Shown here one piece after another: positions 19,958 through 28,908 of a DNA stretch of 64,000 bases. The DNA lies in contig MNDT01000006.1 in assembly GCA_001915065.1 (NCBI GenBank), forward strand, positions 35,330 through 99,329. Reading direction: 5' to 3'. The stretch is from an archaeon 13_2_20CM_2_53_6. Its GTDB lineage: Archaea > Thermoproteota > Bathyarchaeia > 40CM-2-53-6. How positions within the stretch are numbered: the first letter of the stretch is position 1; each line of letters begins with the position of its first letter. The notes beneath the pieces were generated by a model, which saw only the letters and a list, made by a program, of their open reading frames with translations, had not been told where the DNA came from and did not search any database. The position numbers and the translations under genes are program-made.

Positions 19958-20640
19958 TAGAGAAGATCGGCGATCGTCTCAGTCTCATAGGGACCATCCA
20001 CGTGGACCCAAAAAGCGCCAGCTTTGTCAGAGAGACCATCCTCCGCCTACGACCCGAGGTCGTCGCGTTGGAGCTTGACGAGGGACGGCTGGCCGCACTA
20101 GAAAATCCTGGAAGAGCAACGGGTCGCGGTGGAGGAGGCTCGTTCCTGGCAATGATGCTTCTGGAACGCTTCGCGGGCGAGATGACCGGTTCGCCACCCG
20201 GCTCAGAGATGCTTCGAGCAGTTGAAGCTGCAAGGGCTGTCGGGGCCAGAGTCCAGTTCATCGATCTTCCCATAGGAATGACCCTCGGGTCTTTGCGGAA
20301 TCTTCCCCTAAAAGAGAAAGTGAGGCTAGGCGTCGATTCGTTAGTCAGCATGGCTTTGCTGCCGTTTGGCGGCTTCAACCTGTCGAAGCTTACGGAAAAC
20401 CTAGAGGAGCAGTTGGGGCTGTTCAGGCTCCGCTATCCAACGCTGAGCAGGCTTTTACTGGATGTTCGAGAGGAGCATATGGTTGCGAAGATTCGGGATA
20501 TCATGTATTCCACGACCGGGCAAGTAATCGCAGTCGTCGGATTCGGACATATGAAATCCCTCGCAAAGTCGCTGGCCTCCATCAAGATGAAGCCGACTTA
20601 TTCGACCAGCATCACTTGGAGCTTGCCCGCTGGACGGTAG
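19921..20640 (+). CDS. TraB/PrgY family protein
   Basis: LSLIGTIHVDPKSASFVRETILRLRPEVVALELD and VVGFGHMKSL are typical of the TraB family. Confidence 0.75.
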   Translation: MKEKTKVPVSSAIEKIGDRLSLIGTIHVDPKSASFVRETILRLRPEVVALELDEGRLAALENPGRATGRGGGGSFLAMMLLERFAGEMTGSPPGSEMLRAVEAARAVGARVQFIDLPIGMTLGSLRNLPLKEKVRLGVDSLVSMALLPFGGFNLSKLTENLEEQLGLFRLRYPTLSRLLLDVREEHMVAKIRDIMYSTTGQVIAVVGFGHMKSLAKSLASIKMKPTYSTSITWSLPAGR

Positions 20641-20699
20641 CCTGCCTCGCACCTGCAAATCCAAGATAATACCACAGTTCCAATCCTCCCCCGATAACG

Positions 20700-20705
20700 T
20701 TAAAT
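20700..20705 (+). promoter_or_regulatory. Candidate TATA box for a near-leaderless transcript of 20731..21273
   Basis: TTAAAT is centred about 28 nt upstream of the ATG at 20731. This is spacing logic only. Confidence 0.3.
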
Positions 20706-20730
20706 TGGCAATCAAGGCTCGTCGCCCTTT

Positions 20731-21273
20731 ATGAAAATCGCTAGACTTATTGCGACTTTAGGGCTCCTTGTGACTTCCATGACGCTCGTACTCGCATCTT
20801 CGACGTTTGCGGCGACCGGGGCATCTTTTGATTTTTCGTTGTCAAACCCTGGCTTGATACATCTCTATCCCGGAGGAAATGGGGGCAACACCCTCACGGT
20901 GACCCTCGTCAGTGGTAGCTCACAACGAGTGGTATTGTCTTGTACTGATGGGCTACCCTCGGGGGCTTTCTGTTTCTTCAACCCTGGCGTGTCAATGCCA
21001 AGTTACTCCAGCCATCTAACGATCGCCGCCGGGTCGTCTGTCCCGACTGGGAGGTATACGATCACAGTCTCGGGCGTTAGCGGGGTGCTGAGCCACACGA
21101 CTCAGTTCACTCTGCTCGTTACACCAGCGCCGGCTCTTGGTGGCACCTCAACCCCGGTAGATACGCTAGGACTGATCATTCCTTACATCAGCCCAATCTT
21201 ACTACTCGTCAGTGCCGCGGTCGCGATAGCCGTGGCTGTCCATTTCGGACGCGTCAGGCCAGTTCTTAAGTGA
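20731..21273 (+). CDS. Secreted, C-terminally anchored surface protein with an Ig-like domain
   Basis: Signal peptide MKIARLIATLGLLVTSMTLVLASSTFA, a beta-rich module (FDFSLSNPG, GRYTITVSG), and a C-terminal TM helix followed by basic residues. Confidence 0.6.
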   Translation: MKIARLIATLGLLVTSMTLVLASSTFAATGASFDFSLSNPGLIHLYPGGNGGNTLTVTLVSGSSQRVVLSCTDGLPSGAFCFFNPGVSMPSYSSHLTIAAGSSVPTGRYTITVSGVSGVLSHTTQFTLLVTPAPALGGTSTPVDTLGLIIPYISPILLLVSAAVAIAVAVHFGRVRPVLK

Positions 21274-21792
21274 ACACGGTTCGAACGGGACCTAGCCAAG
21301 CTATCCGTTCCTGAGTGAGCACTACTGGACAGTTTTCAGGACAGGGATCGTATCAGGAGTAGGAACGATCCAGCTCGAAGGCTCTTGCAACCGTCTCTCC
21401 CAACCTGGAGATCGGGACTGGAGAGGACATTACCGGCTCTCGAAATACTCTTGGCTTCATCTGCAAACCATTGCTTTTTCGGCGCGAAGCCAAAGGAGAA
21501 TGAGAAAATGGACTTTGCAAGTTCGTATAGGGAACGTCTTCGTCATCAACAGCTTGATATTCGCACTTCCTAAGCCACGCGAATGTCTTTGCTCCATTTG
21601 AGACGCTAGCGAGTTCGTTCCGACGGAGAAGGGAATGAAAATCGAGCCATGATGGCGGTCAGCGGTTCGAAGGGAGGAAGCACGTGAAAAAGGCCGAGGA
21701 TCGCAAACGCGCTTCAGAGTATGTGAACAGCTATAGGAAGAGACAAGCTGACATGACAAGCATCGCTTCTAATGGCCCCTGACTTGATACAG

Positions 21793-22755
21793 TCAACCCT
21801 CGCCGAGTCTTCTTAGACCGTAAACAATCCCTATCACCGGCAGAAACATTATGGCTAGTAGGGTCAGCCCTCCAATTAGCATCAGTCTTTGCGAGAATCG
21901 TTGCTGGGCGAGACCTCCTTTGTCGAGATAGCTCAGCGAAGCGTGATAGGATGGATCGGGGCCGAGGGTTCTCACGGTACTACTGACCGCGTCTCTCGTT
22001 GACTGTCCATTCGTAAGTCCTTGAACAAAGGAGACTATGCCAGCGTCAGTATGTGTGACGCTCACGGCTCCATCCCATCCCACATAAGCCCCGGCGCCCT
22101 TGTCTAGGAATGCTGCGGCCATTTGTCTATCCGGGGCTAGTCCAGAGCATCCCATATTGACGATAATCGAGTTTTTGAATGTACCGTGCATGCTGAGGCG
22201 GACAAACTGGTCCGTGATTGCAAAGCGGAATCCAGTCATGGATGCAGTACCATCTTCAAGTTGATCAGTGAGCTGCTCCAAGACGTACTTTGTGCTACTG
22301 TACGGTTCTCCCGTGAAAATTGCCGGACTAGTATGAGCTCTTATGATGACTAGCCCGTAGCCTTTCAGGGGCAGATCCTGGAACAGCTGAACCGTGGAAT
22401 TGTTGGGACCATAATAGTCGACGAGATAACCCGCGCTTGTTAGGAGAGTTGTTGTAGTCTGAACAAAGTATGAGTCTGGGAGAGTTTCTGATAGTGGATC
22501 TATCAACACTGCTCGCTTAGAGCTCTCTCCCGCGTAACCCATCAGATTCCACAGATAGTCCTGAGATAACCACACGGTCGCCCCGACGGCAAGTGCAATG
22601 AGGATCGCACCAAGTAGTTTGGGGCGTCGAAGTCTTTTCTGCAAGCGGGGCGGGCCCTCGCTCAGAGATCGAGCCGAAAGTTCTCGTTTGCGTTGCGCGA
22701 TTACCTCTAGTAGGAGTTCGTCGTACCTTGACTCGCTCTCAGAATTCCGCGTCAT
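21793..22755 (-). CDS. Membrane-anchored protein with an extracytoplasmic domain (weak caspase-fold peptidase resemblance)
   Basis: N- and C-terminal TM helices. Segments LVIIRAHTS and IIVNMGCSGL weakly recall a clan CD His/Cys dyad. The family is not established. Confidence 0.5.
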   Translation of the reverse strand: MTRNSESESRYDELLLEVIAQRKRELSARSLSEGPPRLQKRLRRPKLLGAILIALAVGATVWLSQDYLWNLMGYAGESSKRAVLIDPLSETLPDSYFVQTTTTLLTSAGYLVDYYGPNNSTVQLFQDLPLKGYGLVIIRAHTSPAIFTGEPYSSTKYVLEQLTDQLEDGTASMTGFRFAITDQFVRLSMHGTFKNSIIVNMGCSGLAPDRQMAAAFLDKGAGAYVGWDGAVSVTHTDAGIVSFVQGLTNGQSTRDAVSSTVRTLGPDPSYHASLSYLDKGGLAQQRFSQRLMLIGGLTLLAIMFLPVIGIVYGLRRLGEG

Positions 22756-22931
22756 CAGACATCAAGCAGTCAGTCTATCGGCCTTTTAGGCATTTCTCGG
22801 GTAGATTCCGGGGAGAGGAAATTTGCCGCCGTCTGTAAGTTTTCGATCTCGGTGCCAGGCGTTCTCGCCCCGCGCAATGACTAGGGGTCTTGACATTGAC
22901 TTGCTGAAGCCCGGACCCGTTGTCGGGTACG

Positions 22932-23150
22932 CTATCCAACCTGGCCTTTCTTATCGCTAACGTATAGAGCTGTTCGATACCCTACCATTGCGCCAATGAT
23001 AAGCCCAGATATGAGCCCTGCTATCCCTAGGAGAAGGTACGAGATGAGCCCCGATAAGACGCCTGCGACGATTCCGGCTAGTACGGCATGACCTCGCGGC
23101 CGCCTTACGTCGGATGGTTGGGTCAATTCTGCCCCGCCCCTCTCGAGCAT
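22932..23150 (-). CDS. Small 2-TM membrane protein (72 aa from the internal ATG)
   Basis: Only the C-terminal part of ORF 22932..23516 looks protein-like (AVLAGIVAGVLSGLISYLLLGIAGLISGLIIGAMVGY). The upstream 120 codons are R/S/C-rich and unlikely to be coding. Confidence 0.4.
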   Translation of the reverse strand: MLERGGAELTQPSDVRRPRGHAVLAGIVAGVLSGLISYLLLGIAGLISGLIIGAMVGYRTALYVSDKKGQVG

Positions 23151-23555
23151 CTGTCTCTTATTATTGCTCCGCAAGCTGCGCGGAGAATCCCGATGCCACC
23201 AATCACATGTGAGTGGTTTGGTGCTCCCTAAGTCTTGAACCCTAGAAGAAACCTCGAAAAAACACGAGTCGGTGTTGCTGCTGCGACAGCTATTTTTCTC
23301 TTGCGATTGTGATAAAACTCGTCTTGTCCCCTCTTCGGGGTCGGTGGTTTGGTGACCGCGCCGGCACGAGCTACCGAATTCAGTAGTCCTGCACTCTACC
23401 GTCCCAAGAAGGTCAGGGCAGACGTCGCCCTCTCTTGTAATCGAGTTCTCGAGTTGGCTACGAAATTTCACTGTTCTGACGGTGAACCTGGCGGCACTAC
23501 GTGACGTGAAAGGCATAACGCGTTCAAGGACCTTGTCCGGTCAGACGTAGCGGCC

Positions 23556-23957
23556 CTATTGAACGACTATCCTGCTAAGGATGAAGTAGAAGCCGACCCC
23601 GACCACGACGACGGAAATGGCTAGGATCAAAGTCCCGTACAGTCCCCTGTCCTTGTATGATTGGAACCAGGGGTGAAACTCGACGATGACAAGAACAGCA
23701 GGAACGATTAGTAGCTTGATCATCCAGCCCCAAGGCGTATTCCATGTCAGCCGAGCCAACGGATTCCCCTCTACTCCTACTCCATAGCGAGACACGAGAG
23801 CCCAAGTTTGGAAATAGTCTACGTATTGAAGAATGGCCGCCAACAGGAAGGGGCGAAGAAAGAGAGACCGTTGCTGAACCATCTCAGGTTCACTTCTGTC
23901 CTTCATCAAATCATTGTTGGTGGTCGGCGTTCCGCTAGAGTCAATAGGCCACACCAT
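23556..23957 (-). CDS. Multi-TM membrane protein (DUF5658-like)
   Basis: Four hydrophobic helices and an EGNPL motif (YGVGVEGNPLARL), as recalled for DUF5658. Lies 57 nt downstream of the HerA-like gene. Confidence 0.5.
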   Translation of the reverse strand: MVWPIDSSGTPTTNNDLMKDRSEPEMVQQRSLFLRPFLLAAILQYVDYFQTWALVSRYGVGVEGNPLARLTWNTPWGWMIKLLIVPAVLVIVEFHPWFQSYKDRGLYGTLILAISVVVVGVGFYFILSRIVVQ

Positions 23958-24014
23958 AGGCTGTCGAGGCCGTCTGGCTGTATCTGAATGAGCCCCCTGC
24001 TCAGTTTCTACTCT

Positions 24015-25442
24015 CTAGGAGAAGAACATTCGTGTTTCTCCCATAGTTCTGACATCTAGCTGTTCAACGTCGACCATTAGGGGTAGGTCGTGGACCACGT
24101 TTCCTAGAAGAAGGCATCTTCTCGCTGGGGTCCCTTTGATCAATGAGCGAATTGTCTCGCTGTCGGACTTTGCTACTTTGCCGATTGTTTCTATGTCGTG
24201 TTCGTTTGTGAAGTTGAATATGAAGACGTTGTCGGCTTGTCGATAGATCGTCTCCTGTACAGTGTCAGGTTGGTTCGTGATGAACGTTGTGAAGAGGCCG
24301 ATGTGGCGCATTCGAGTGATGATGTCGTCCCAGTAAGTCTCTCTAAGATAGAGGTGAGCTTCCTCGGCGAAAAGGAACGCGGCTCGGAGCCAGTTCGACG
24401 AGAGAATCTTCGTAAGCTCGCCTAGGAATATCTCTACGAGTATTCGTCGGACAATGTGGCTCTGGTTCTTGAGATTCACTACCAGGATTCCGCCACCTTC
24501 GATTGCGTGGAGAATCTTCTCTTCGGTCAACGGGTTTGTTTCGTCGTAGAAGAGACCCGACTCTGACAGCACTTGGAGTCTTGAGATTAGTGCCTCTCTA
24601 ACACTCTCGTGACAGCTCCAAGACTGGACCGTCTGGATCAGACTCGGAAGGGTAAGGTCTGCTCTCAACTCTAGTTCTCGCCAGATCGTGCTGAACACCT
24701 TCGACGAGGTTGCTGGAAGGTCTAGGGCGTTGCTCAGGACCCCGGACATTGTTCGTAAGCCTAGCTTCGCTAGGGCGAAGTTAATGCCGCTACGCGGTGC
24801 GAGCACTGTGAGCCTCGACGATGACAAGCGTCCGTCCTTAGACTTGTGCAGGTTGACGTATTCTCCGTTCACGTCCAAGACAACGCATGGGGCCCCTAGT
24901 CCGCTCATAGACAGAAGTAGAAGCTTCGCAAGGTGGGACTTGCCGGTGCCCTTCCGGCCGGTGATGATGTTCAGGCCACCGTCCAGTGCGCTGGCGTCGA
25001 TCTGTATGGGGTCGCCGTCGTTGTAGCCGACTTTGAGTGGCAGTTTCCCTCCATTCATGATGAGACGGTTGACCGGGTAGGGGCGGATTCGTGAGGAGGT
25101 CCGTGACGGGAGCCAGGATGTGGTCGGCGAGAGGTCTTTTTCTCCTGTGATTGTTCCTCGTATTTTGCAGACCGCGAGCCGTGTGTCCTTCAGAGCATCT
25201 ACTTCGCTGGAGATATTCAACGGGTCCATGTCTTCGCCAGCTAGCTCTCCGTCAGTCATCACGTCTCTGAGGATATCCTCTAGAATTCCTGGAACGTTGG
25301 CATACTGCAGATCAATGACCTGGACGAGAAGGCCCTTGCCGAGTCCCGCGTCTTCGATCAGGAAATAGTCGCCACGTTGTATGTGTTCGTCAGGGAAAGC
25401 GATGATCTGGATCTGGTCGCCTTCTTTCCGGTAGATGCGCAT
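24015..25442 (-). CDS. HerA-like (DUF87/FtsK-HerA superfamily) ATPase
   Basis: N-terminal barrel-like region (IQIIAFPDEHIQRGDYFLIEDAGLGKGLLVQVIDL), Walker A ITGRKGTGKSHLAKL, and Walker B-like AAFLFAEEAHLYL. The start lies 2 nt after the stop of the NurA-like gene. Confidence 0.75.
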   Translation of the reverse strand: MRIYRKEGDQIQIIAFPDEHIQRGDYFLIEDAGLGKGLLVQVIDLQYANVPGILEDILRDVMTDGELAGEDMDPLNISSEVDALKDTRLAVCKIRGTITGEKDLSPTTSWLPSRTSSRIRPYPVNRLIMNGGKLPLKVGYNDGDPIQIDASALDGGLNIITGRKGTGKSHLAKLLLLSMSGLGAPCVVLDVNGEYVNLHKSKDGRLSSSRLTVLAPRSGINFALAKLGLRTMSGVLSNALDLPATSSKVFSTIWRELELRADLTLPSLIQTVQSWSCHESVREALISRLQVLSESGLFYDETNPLTEEKILHAIEGGGILVVNLKNQSHIVRRILVEIFLGELTKILSSNWLRAAFLFAEEAHLYLRETYWDDIITRMRHIGLFTTFITNQPDTVQETIYRQADNVFIFNFTNEHDIETIGKVAKSDSETIRSLIKGTPARRCLLLGNVVHDLPLMVDVEQLDVRTMGETRMFFS

Positions 25443-25444
25443 TG

Positions 25445-26551
25445 CTAGGCCACGTACCTGCTGGTCCCAAAGGGTCCGAAGAGTGACCGCCGGATGCTGG
25501 GGCGTGACTGGAGTGTGATGTGGTGATTTGAGGCGACGAAGCGTTGGATTGCAAGAATCTCGTTGGCCGTAAAGGTGCTGAATATGTGGGCGATTCTCAA
25601 CGTTTCAGGATATCCGTGGAAGATCACGTCAGTGCCGGATAATCGTCCGAGGGCGAGCTGTGTCTCTTCCTCGGTGGATTCTCGGTCAATGTCTGTTCTG
25701 AACAGGAATCCGTCGCTCGACAGCTTCGCGACATAGACCCGGCCTAGGAATCTCACTGGGTAGGGAGGATACTCCTCCTCGACCAGAGGAGTGATGTCCA
25801 ATAGGTGTGGGACGCTGTCGTCGTTTGAGAGTCCGAGAATGTTTCTTCCCCCGACTGTTAGCTGGGTTGACTTGGATATCCCGATGACAATCGAATTGTT
25901 GCTCCGAGCAGTCGCGAGGATGTTGTTGACGCGTGCGGCCGGATTGTCAGGGGTTCCTGCCGTGAGAGACCCGTCGATGAGGAGTATCCCGTCTTTGAGG
26001 GTTTCCGAGAGGACTTCTTGGACCCAGCGTTCGACATGGTTTCGGAGGCGTGTTAGTACCCTGAGGGTTTTGAGTGAGAGTCCGCCGAACGCCCTAGCCT
26101 CGTCGTCCCGGTACTGTCTTGAATCCTCGGAATTCGGCACATGGAATAGGAGGGGACCCCATCGATTGTAGAGTATCCTACCGGTCTGTCTCGAGACCGC
26201 GACCGCTCGGATGGCGAATATCATCCCGGTGTCTGTCTCGCCGATCTTGACGCTGGACGCGTCGCACGCGACGATCGGGACCTGCTCCTTAACGGGGCTG
26301 ATTGGACTCCGTTTCAAATCCGAGGAAGCGAACGAGGCTCCGATGTCGAGTCTCTCCTCCAGGTCGGCATCGTCAACCCCCATTTCGACAAGCGAGACTG
26401 GTCTCGGGTTGAATTTTGAGCCTTGGAGCCTGTTCATTGACCGGTTGGAGAGCTCGACCAGCGAGTCTGGTATGCCGGGGAGCCCGAGCCTTTCCGGTAT
26501 GCTTTTAATTTGGAGTAGAGGTTCAGTAACCTCTTGGGTGCGGTGGAGCAA
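25445..26551 (-). CDS. NurA-like nuclease
   Basis: NurA-type motifs VACDASSVKI (first Asp motif) and DGILLIDGSLTAG. Size and position directly upstream of a HerA-like ATPase also fit. Confidence 0.6.
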   Translation of the reverse strand: MLHRTQEVTEPLLQIKSIPERLGLPGIPDSLVELSNRSMNRLQGSKFNPRPVSLVEMGVDDADLEERLDIGASFASSDLKRSPISPVKEQVPIVACDASSVKIGETDTGMIFAIRAVAVSRQTGRILYNRWGPLLFHVPNSEDSRQYRDDEARAFGGLSLKTLRVLTRLRNHVERWVQEVLSETLKDGILLIDGSLTAGTPDNPAARVNNILATARSNNSIVIGISKSTQLTVGGRNILGLSNDDSVPHLLDITPLVEEEYPPYPVRFLGRVYVAKLSSDGFLFRTDIDRESTEEETQLALGRLSGTDVIFHGYPETLRIAHIFSTFTANEILAIQRFVASNHHITLQSRPSIRRSLFGPFGTSRYVA

Positions 26552-26618
26552 GGTTAGAATCCCCTGTTTTCAGACGGGAAACCCCCCTTTCCCGTCTGAC
26601 CCCGCACCCTCTTCCATA

Positions 26619-27164
26619 TCATCCTGAAGCAGCCACCGGCCTCTCACGAGGCGTACTAGCAGCGCGGGCAGTGAGACCCTTCGCAATCTCATGCGCCTTC
26701 CGGATTCCCTGAATGCTAAGCTTGTAACCACCATCTGCGGTCCGGTCAATGATCCCCGTCTTCGTCATCATAGCTAGGGTGTTCCGGACAGTCTTCACCG
26801 CCTTCCCTATTGCCCGGCTGATCGCCTCCGGGTCCATCTCAACGCTCGGCCTAGTGCCGACCGCATGTGCGACCCTGGCAGCTAGCAATACCATGGCAAT
26901 CGAGCTTTCCGCCGACATCTCTGGCTTCAACAGGACCGCTTCACCCTCGGGCGTGAGTTGGACAGCGCTGGAGAGGTCGTCGACCATTGATGAGTAGTCC
27001 GGCGAGAAGGTCAGCTTCGACGCCAGGGAATAGTTCGGTAGCACCTTGGCGGCGAACTGCATAACCTCTCGGACGACCGTCTCCAAGTCGCCCTCTGCTG
27101 TGTGTTTGATGTCTCCCCACTCTATCGAGACCTTGATCTTAGGCTGTTCTGACATGATCCTCAC
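26619..27164 (-). CDS. Winged-helix protein, paralog A of a three-member family
   Basis: N-terminal IKVSIEWGDIKHTAEGDLETVVREV, a central TPEGEAVLL segment, and a C-terminal wHTH AISRAIGKAVKTVRNTLAMMTKTGIIDRTADGGYKLS. Collinear similarity to 27161..27709. Confidence 0.6.
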   Translation of the reverse strand: MRIMSEQPKIKVSIEWGDIKHTAEGDLETVVREVMQFAAKVLPNYSLASKLTFSPDYSSMVDDLSSAVQLTPEGEAVLLKPEMSAESSIAMVLLAARVAHAVGTRPSVEMDPEAISRAIGKAVKTVRNTLAMMTKTGIIDRTADGGYKLSIQGIRKAHEIAKGLTARAASTPRERPVAASG

Positions 27165-27709
27165 CTATCCGGAAGCTGCGAGACCCGTGGCATCAGGTCC
27201 TTCATGATGACTCTGGTACCCATGGTAGTCAGCCGGTACGAACCCTTGCCAACCCGCTCGACGAGCTGCTCGTTGCAGAGCTCGCTCAACCTCCCTGCGA
27301 CAGTGCCAGTAGATCGTCCTGTTGTTTTCGTAATCTCGTCCAAGGACAGAGTGTCACTCTCTCTCCTCGCGAGCTGATGTAGAAGGCGGGACCCGGCGAG
27401 ATGAACCATCAAGAGCTCCTTATCTTTGAGGCCCTCCAAGTTCTTCAAAACGACCAATCCTTCAGGTGAGGTCGCCAAGATTCCGGGACAGCTCTGAAGG
27501 AATTCCGCGCTGTCAACGGAGAGAACGAGCCTGGAGACGAGTTCTATCGAAGGGTAGATCTTTGAGAAGTATGAGATTAGCTCCCTCAGAACCGATTCAG
27601 GGCTACCGATTATCCGATTCTCCATGCCAGAGTGCTTTACTGTGACCTCAATCGCTGAGGATGGCTCGGCTGTACTGGGTTTTCGTTCGACGATTTCGAG
27701 TCCTGACAT
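27161..27709 (-). CDS. Winged-helix protein, paralog B
   Basis: IEVTVKHSGMENRIIGSPESVLREL, SPEGLVVLK, and the wHTH LDEITKTTGRSTGTVAGRLSELCNEQLVERVGKGSYRLT. It overlaps paralog A by 4 nt. Confidence 0.6.
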   Translation of the reverse strand: MSGLEIVERKPSTAEPSSAIEVTVKHSGMENRIIGSPESVLRELISYFSKIYPSIELVSRLVLSVDSAEFLQSCPGILATSPEGLVVLKNLEGLKDKELLMVHLAGSRLLHQLARRESDTLSLDEITKTTGRSTGTVAGRLSELCNEQLVERVGKGSYRLTTMGTRVIMKDLMPRVSQLPDR

Positions 27710-27776
27710 TTTTTCCTCTTGCCCGTTGGCTTTGCAGAGTTGAGATATAACGCTTTTCTGTCCCGATACTTTGACA

Positions 27777-27861
27777 ACAAGGTGTTACTTTGGGAATCGG
27801 GAATGAAAGTGAAAGTATTTCGGTTCAGCAGCATAACCGGGCGTCATGACAAGGTGTTACT
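27777..27861. promoter_or_regulatory. Two copies of a 13-nt direct repeat ACAAGGTGTTACT in a divergent intergenic region (candidate operator)
   Basis: Perfect copies at 27777-27789 and 27849-27861, both preceded by TGAC. They lie between the operon start (27709, minus strand) and the 82-aa wHTH gene (27957, plus strand). Confidence 0.4.
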
Positions 27862-27956
27862 ATTAGCCGGACAGGTGAACCGCATAGTTTCTGGGATAAA
27901 CTCTAAGAATGAACAATAATCGCTCGACCGAGCGAGAGTGGTAGGGGATTGGATCT

Positions 27957-28205
27957 TTGGATTACAACCAGTTGAAGATACGGATCCTCAACCTCTTCCA
28001 TGGGTCCCAGGAGCTCGCGAGCGAAGAGATTCTCAAGCTTCTTCAAGAATCGAAGGTTGAGTCATCCGATAAGGCTGTGAAGATGGCGTTAATGCGTTAC
28101 TCGCGTCAGGGGCTATTGGCTCGGGGCAAGAAGGCAGGAGTCTTTCACTACCGGTTGACGGAGAAAGGGTTGGCCCGACGAAATTGGTTGTCCAAGACTA
28201 GGTGA
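27957..28205 (+). CDS. Small winged-helix transcription regulator
   Basis: 82 aa. ASEEILKLLQESKVESSDKAVKMALMRYSRQGLLARGKKAGVFHYRLTEKG is a typical wHTH with a wing. Confidence 0.6.
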   Translation: MDYNQLKIRILNLFHGSQELASEEILKLLQESKVESSDKAVKMALMRYSRQGLLARGKKAGVFHYRLTEKGLARRNWLSKTR

Positions 28206-28698
28206 CTTTCTGCAGACGGGGTAGCACATCGTTCTGAATCCACTGAACACCCGCCCCAGAGAGGACGTAGTTCCCACGCTCAGTGATAACTTTCCCCTCT
28301 CTCCGAAGCTCGCTTATCCTCGCTCTCACAATGCTCTCACCTGTCGTTTTCCATGATGAGCTGAGAAGTGAGCTGAGGTCATCATCCCCCAGAGGCTTTG
28401 GGTGCAGGGAAAACATCACGAGCGAGATCGCCTCTTTAGCCGACAATGTATCGACCGGGACTGTGAGGTGTGGCTTGCCTTCGGATGTGAATTCGACAAT
28501 TCCAGCAATTCCGACCGTAGATTCAGGATCTGGCGCAATGCTGGGCTGTGGTTCTGTACTCCGAGGAACGCCCCCGACGGGTCTTAGGGAACTTTCTAGT
28601 TCCTCAAACTGGTTCTTGACATAGTCGAAATCTCCTTCGAGCTCAACCTCGAAATCGCCCCGGCGAATTCTGAACTTGAGCTTCTTCTCTGACGACAA
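28198..28698 (-). CDS. Winged-helix protein, divergent paralog C
   Basis: LKFRIRRGDFEVELEGDFDYVKNQFEEL, FTSEGKPHLTV, and the wHTH GESIVRARISELRREGKVITERGNYVLS. Same three-part layout as paralogs A and B. Confidence 0.55.
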   Translation of the reverse strand: MSSEKKLKFRIRRGDFEVELEGDFDYVKNQFEELESSLRPVGGVPRSTEPQPSIAPDPESTVGIAGIVEFTSEGKPHLTVPVDTLSAKEAISLVMFSLHPKPLGDDDLSSLLSSSWKTTGESIVRARISELRREGKVITERGNYVLSGAGVQWIQNDVLPRLQKVT

Positions 28699-28908
28699 GA
28701 CCCGGCCGTTCCTCCCTTTGGCGGTCTAATAGGGTTTATCGAATTGCAGGGATAGTTTTCGAGGGTTGTATGATCTTCTCTTCTATCTCATCTCGGATCG
28801 TTCTTACTTCTTCCAGCAGTCTGCCTTTTATCGCTGGTATTTGGAACTGGGCTATAGGCTTCGTCGGTATGTGTATAAGATTGGCCGCGGAGTAATACTT
28901 GCTGGTTC

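Noticed and set aside
21560-21720. A possible SRP RNA helix-8-like sequence (GGTTCGAAGGGAGGAAGCACG), given that srp19 lies in the window
   Set aside because: I could not draw the GNAR tetraloop or the symmetric and asymmetric loops. It resembles the conserved CCGGAAGG.AGCA core only superficially.
23151-23516. The upstream two-thirds of ORF 22932..23516 as coding sequence
   Set aside because: It is R/S/C/T-rich with no hydrophobic core pattern. Only the last 72 codons, from ATG 23150, look like a membrane protein.
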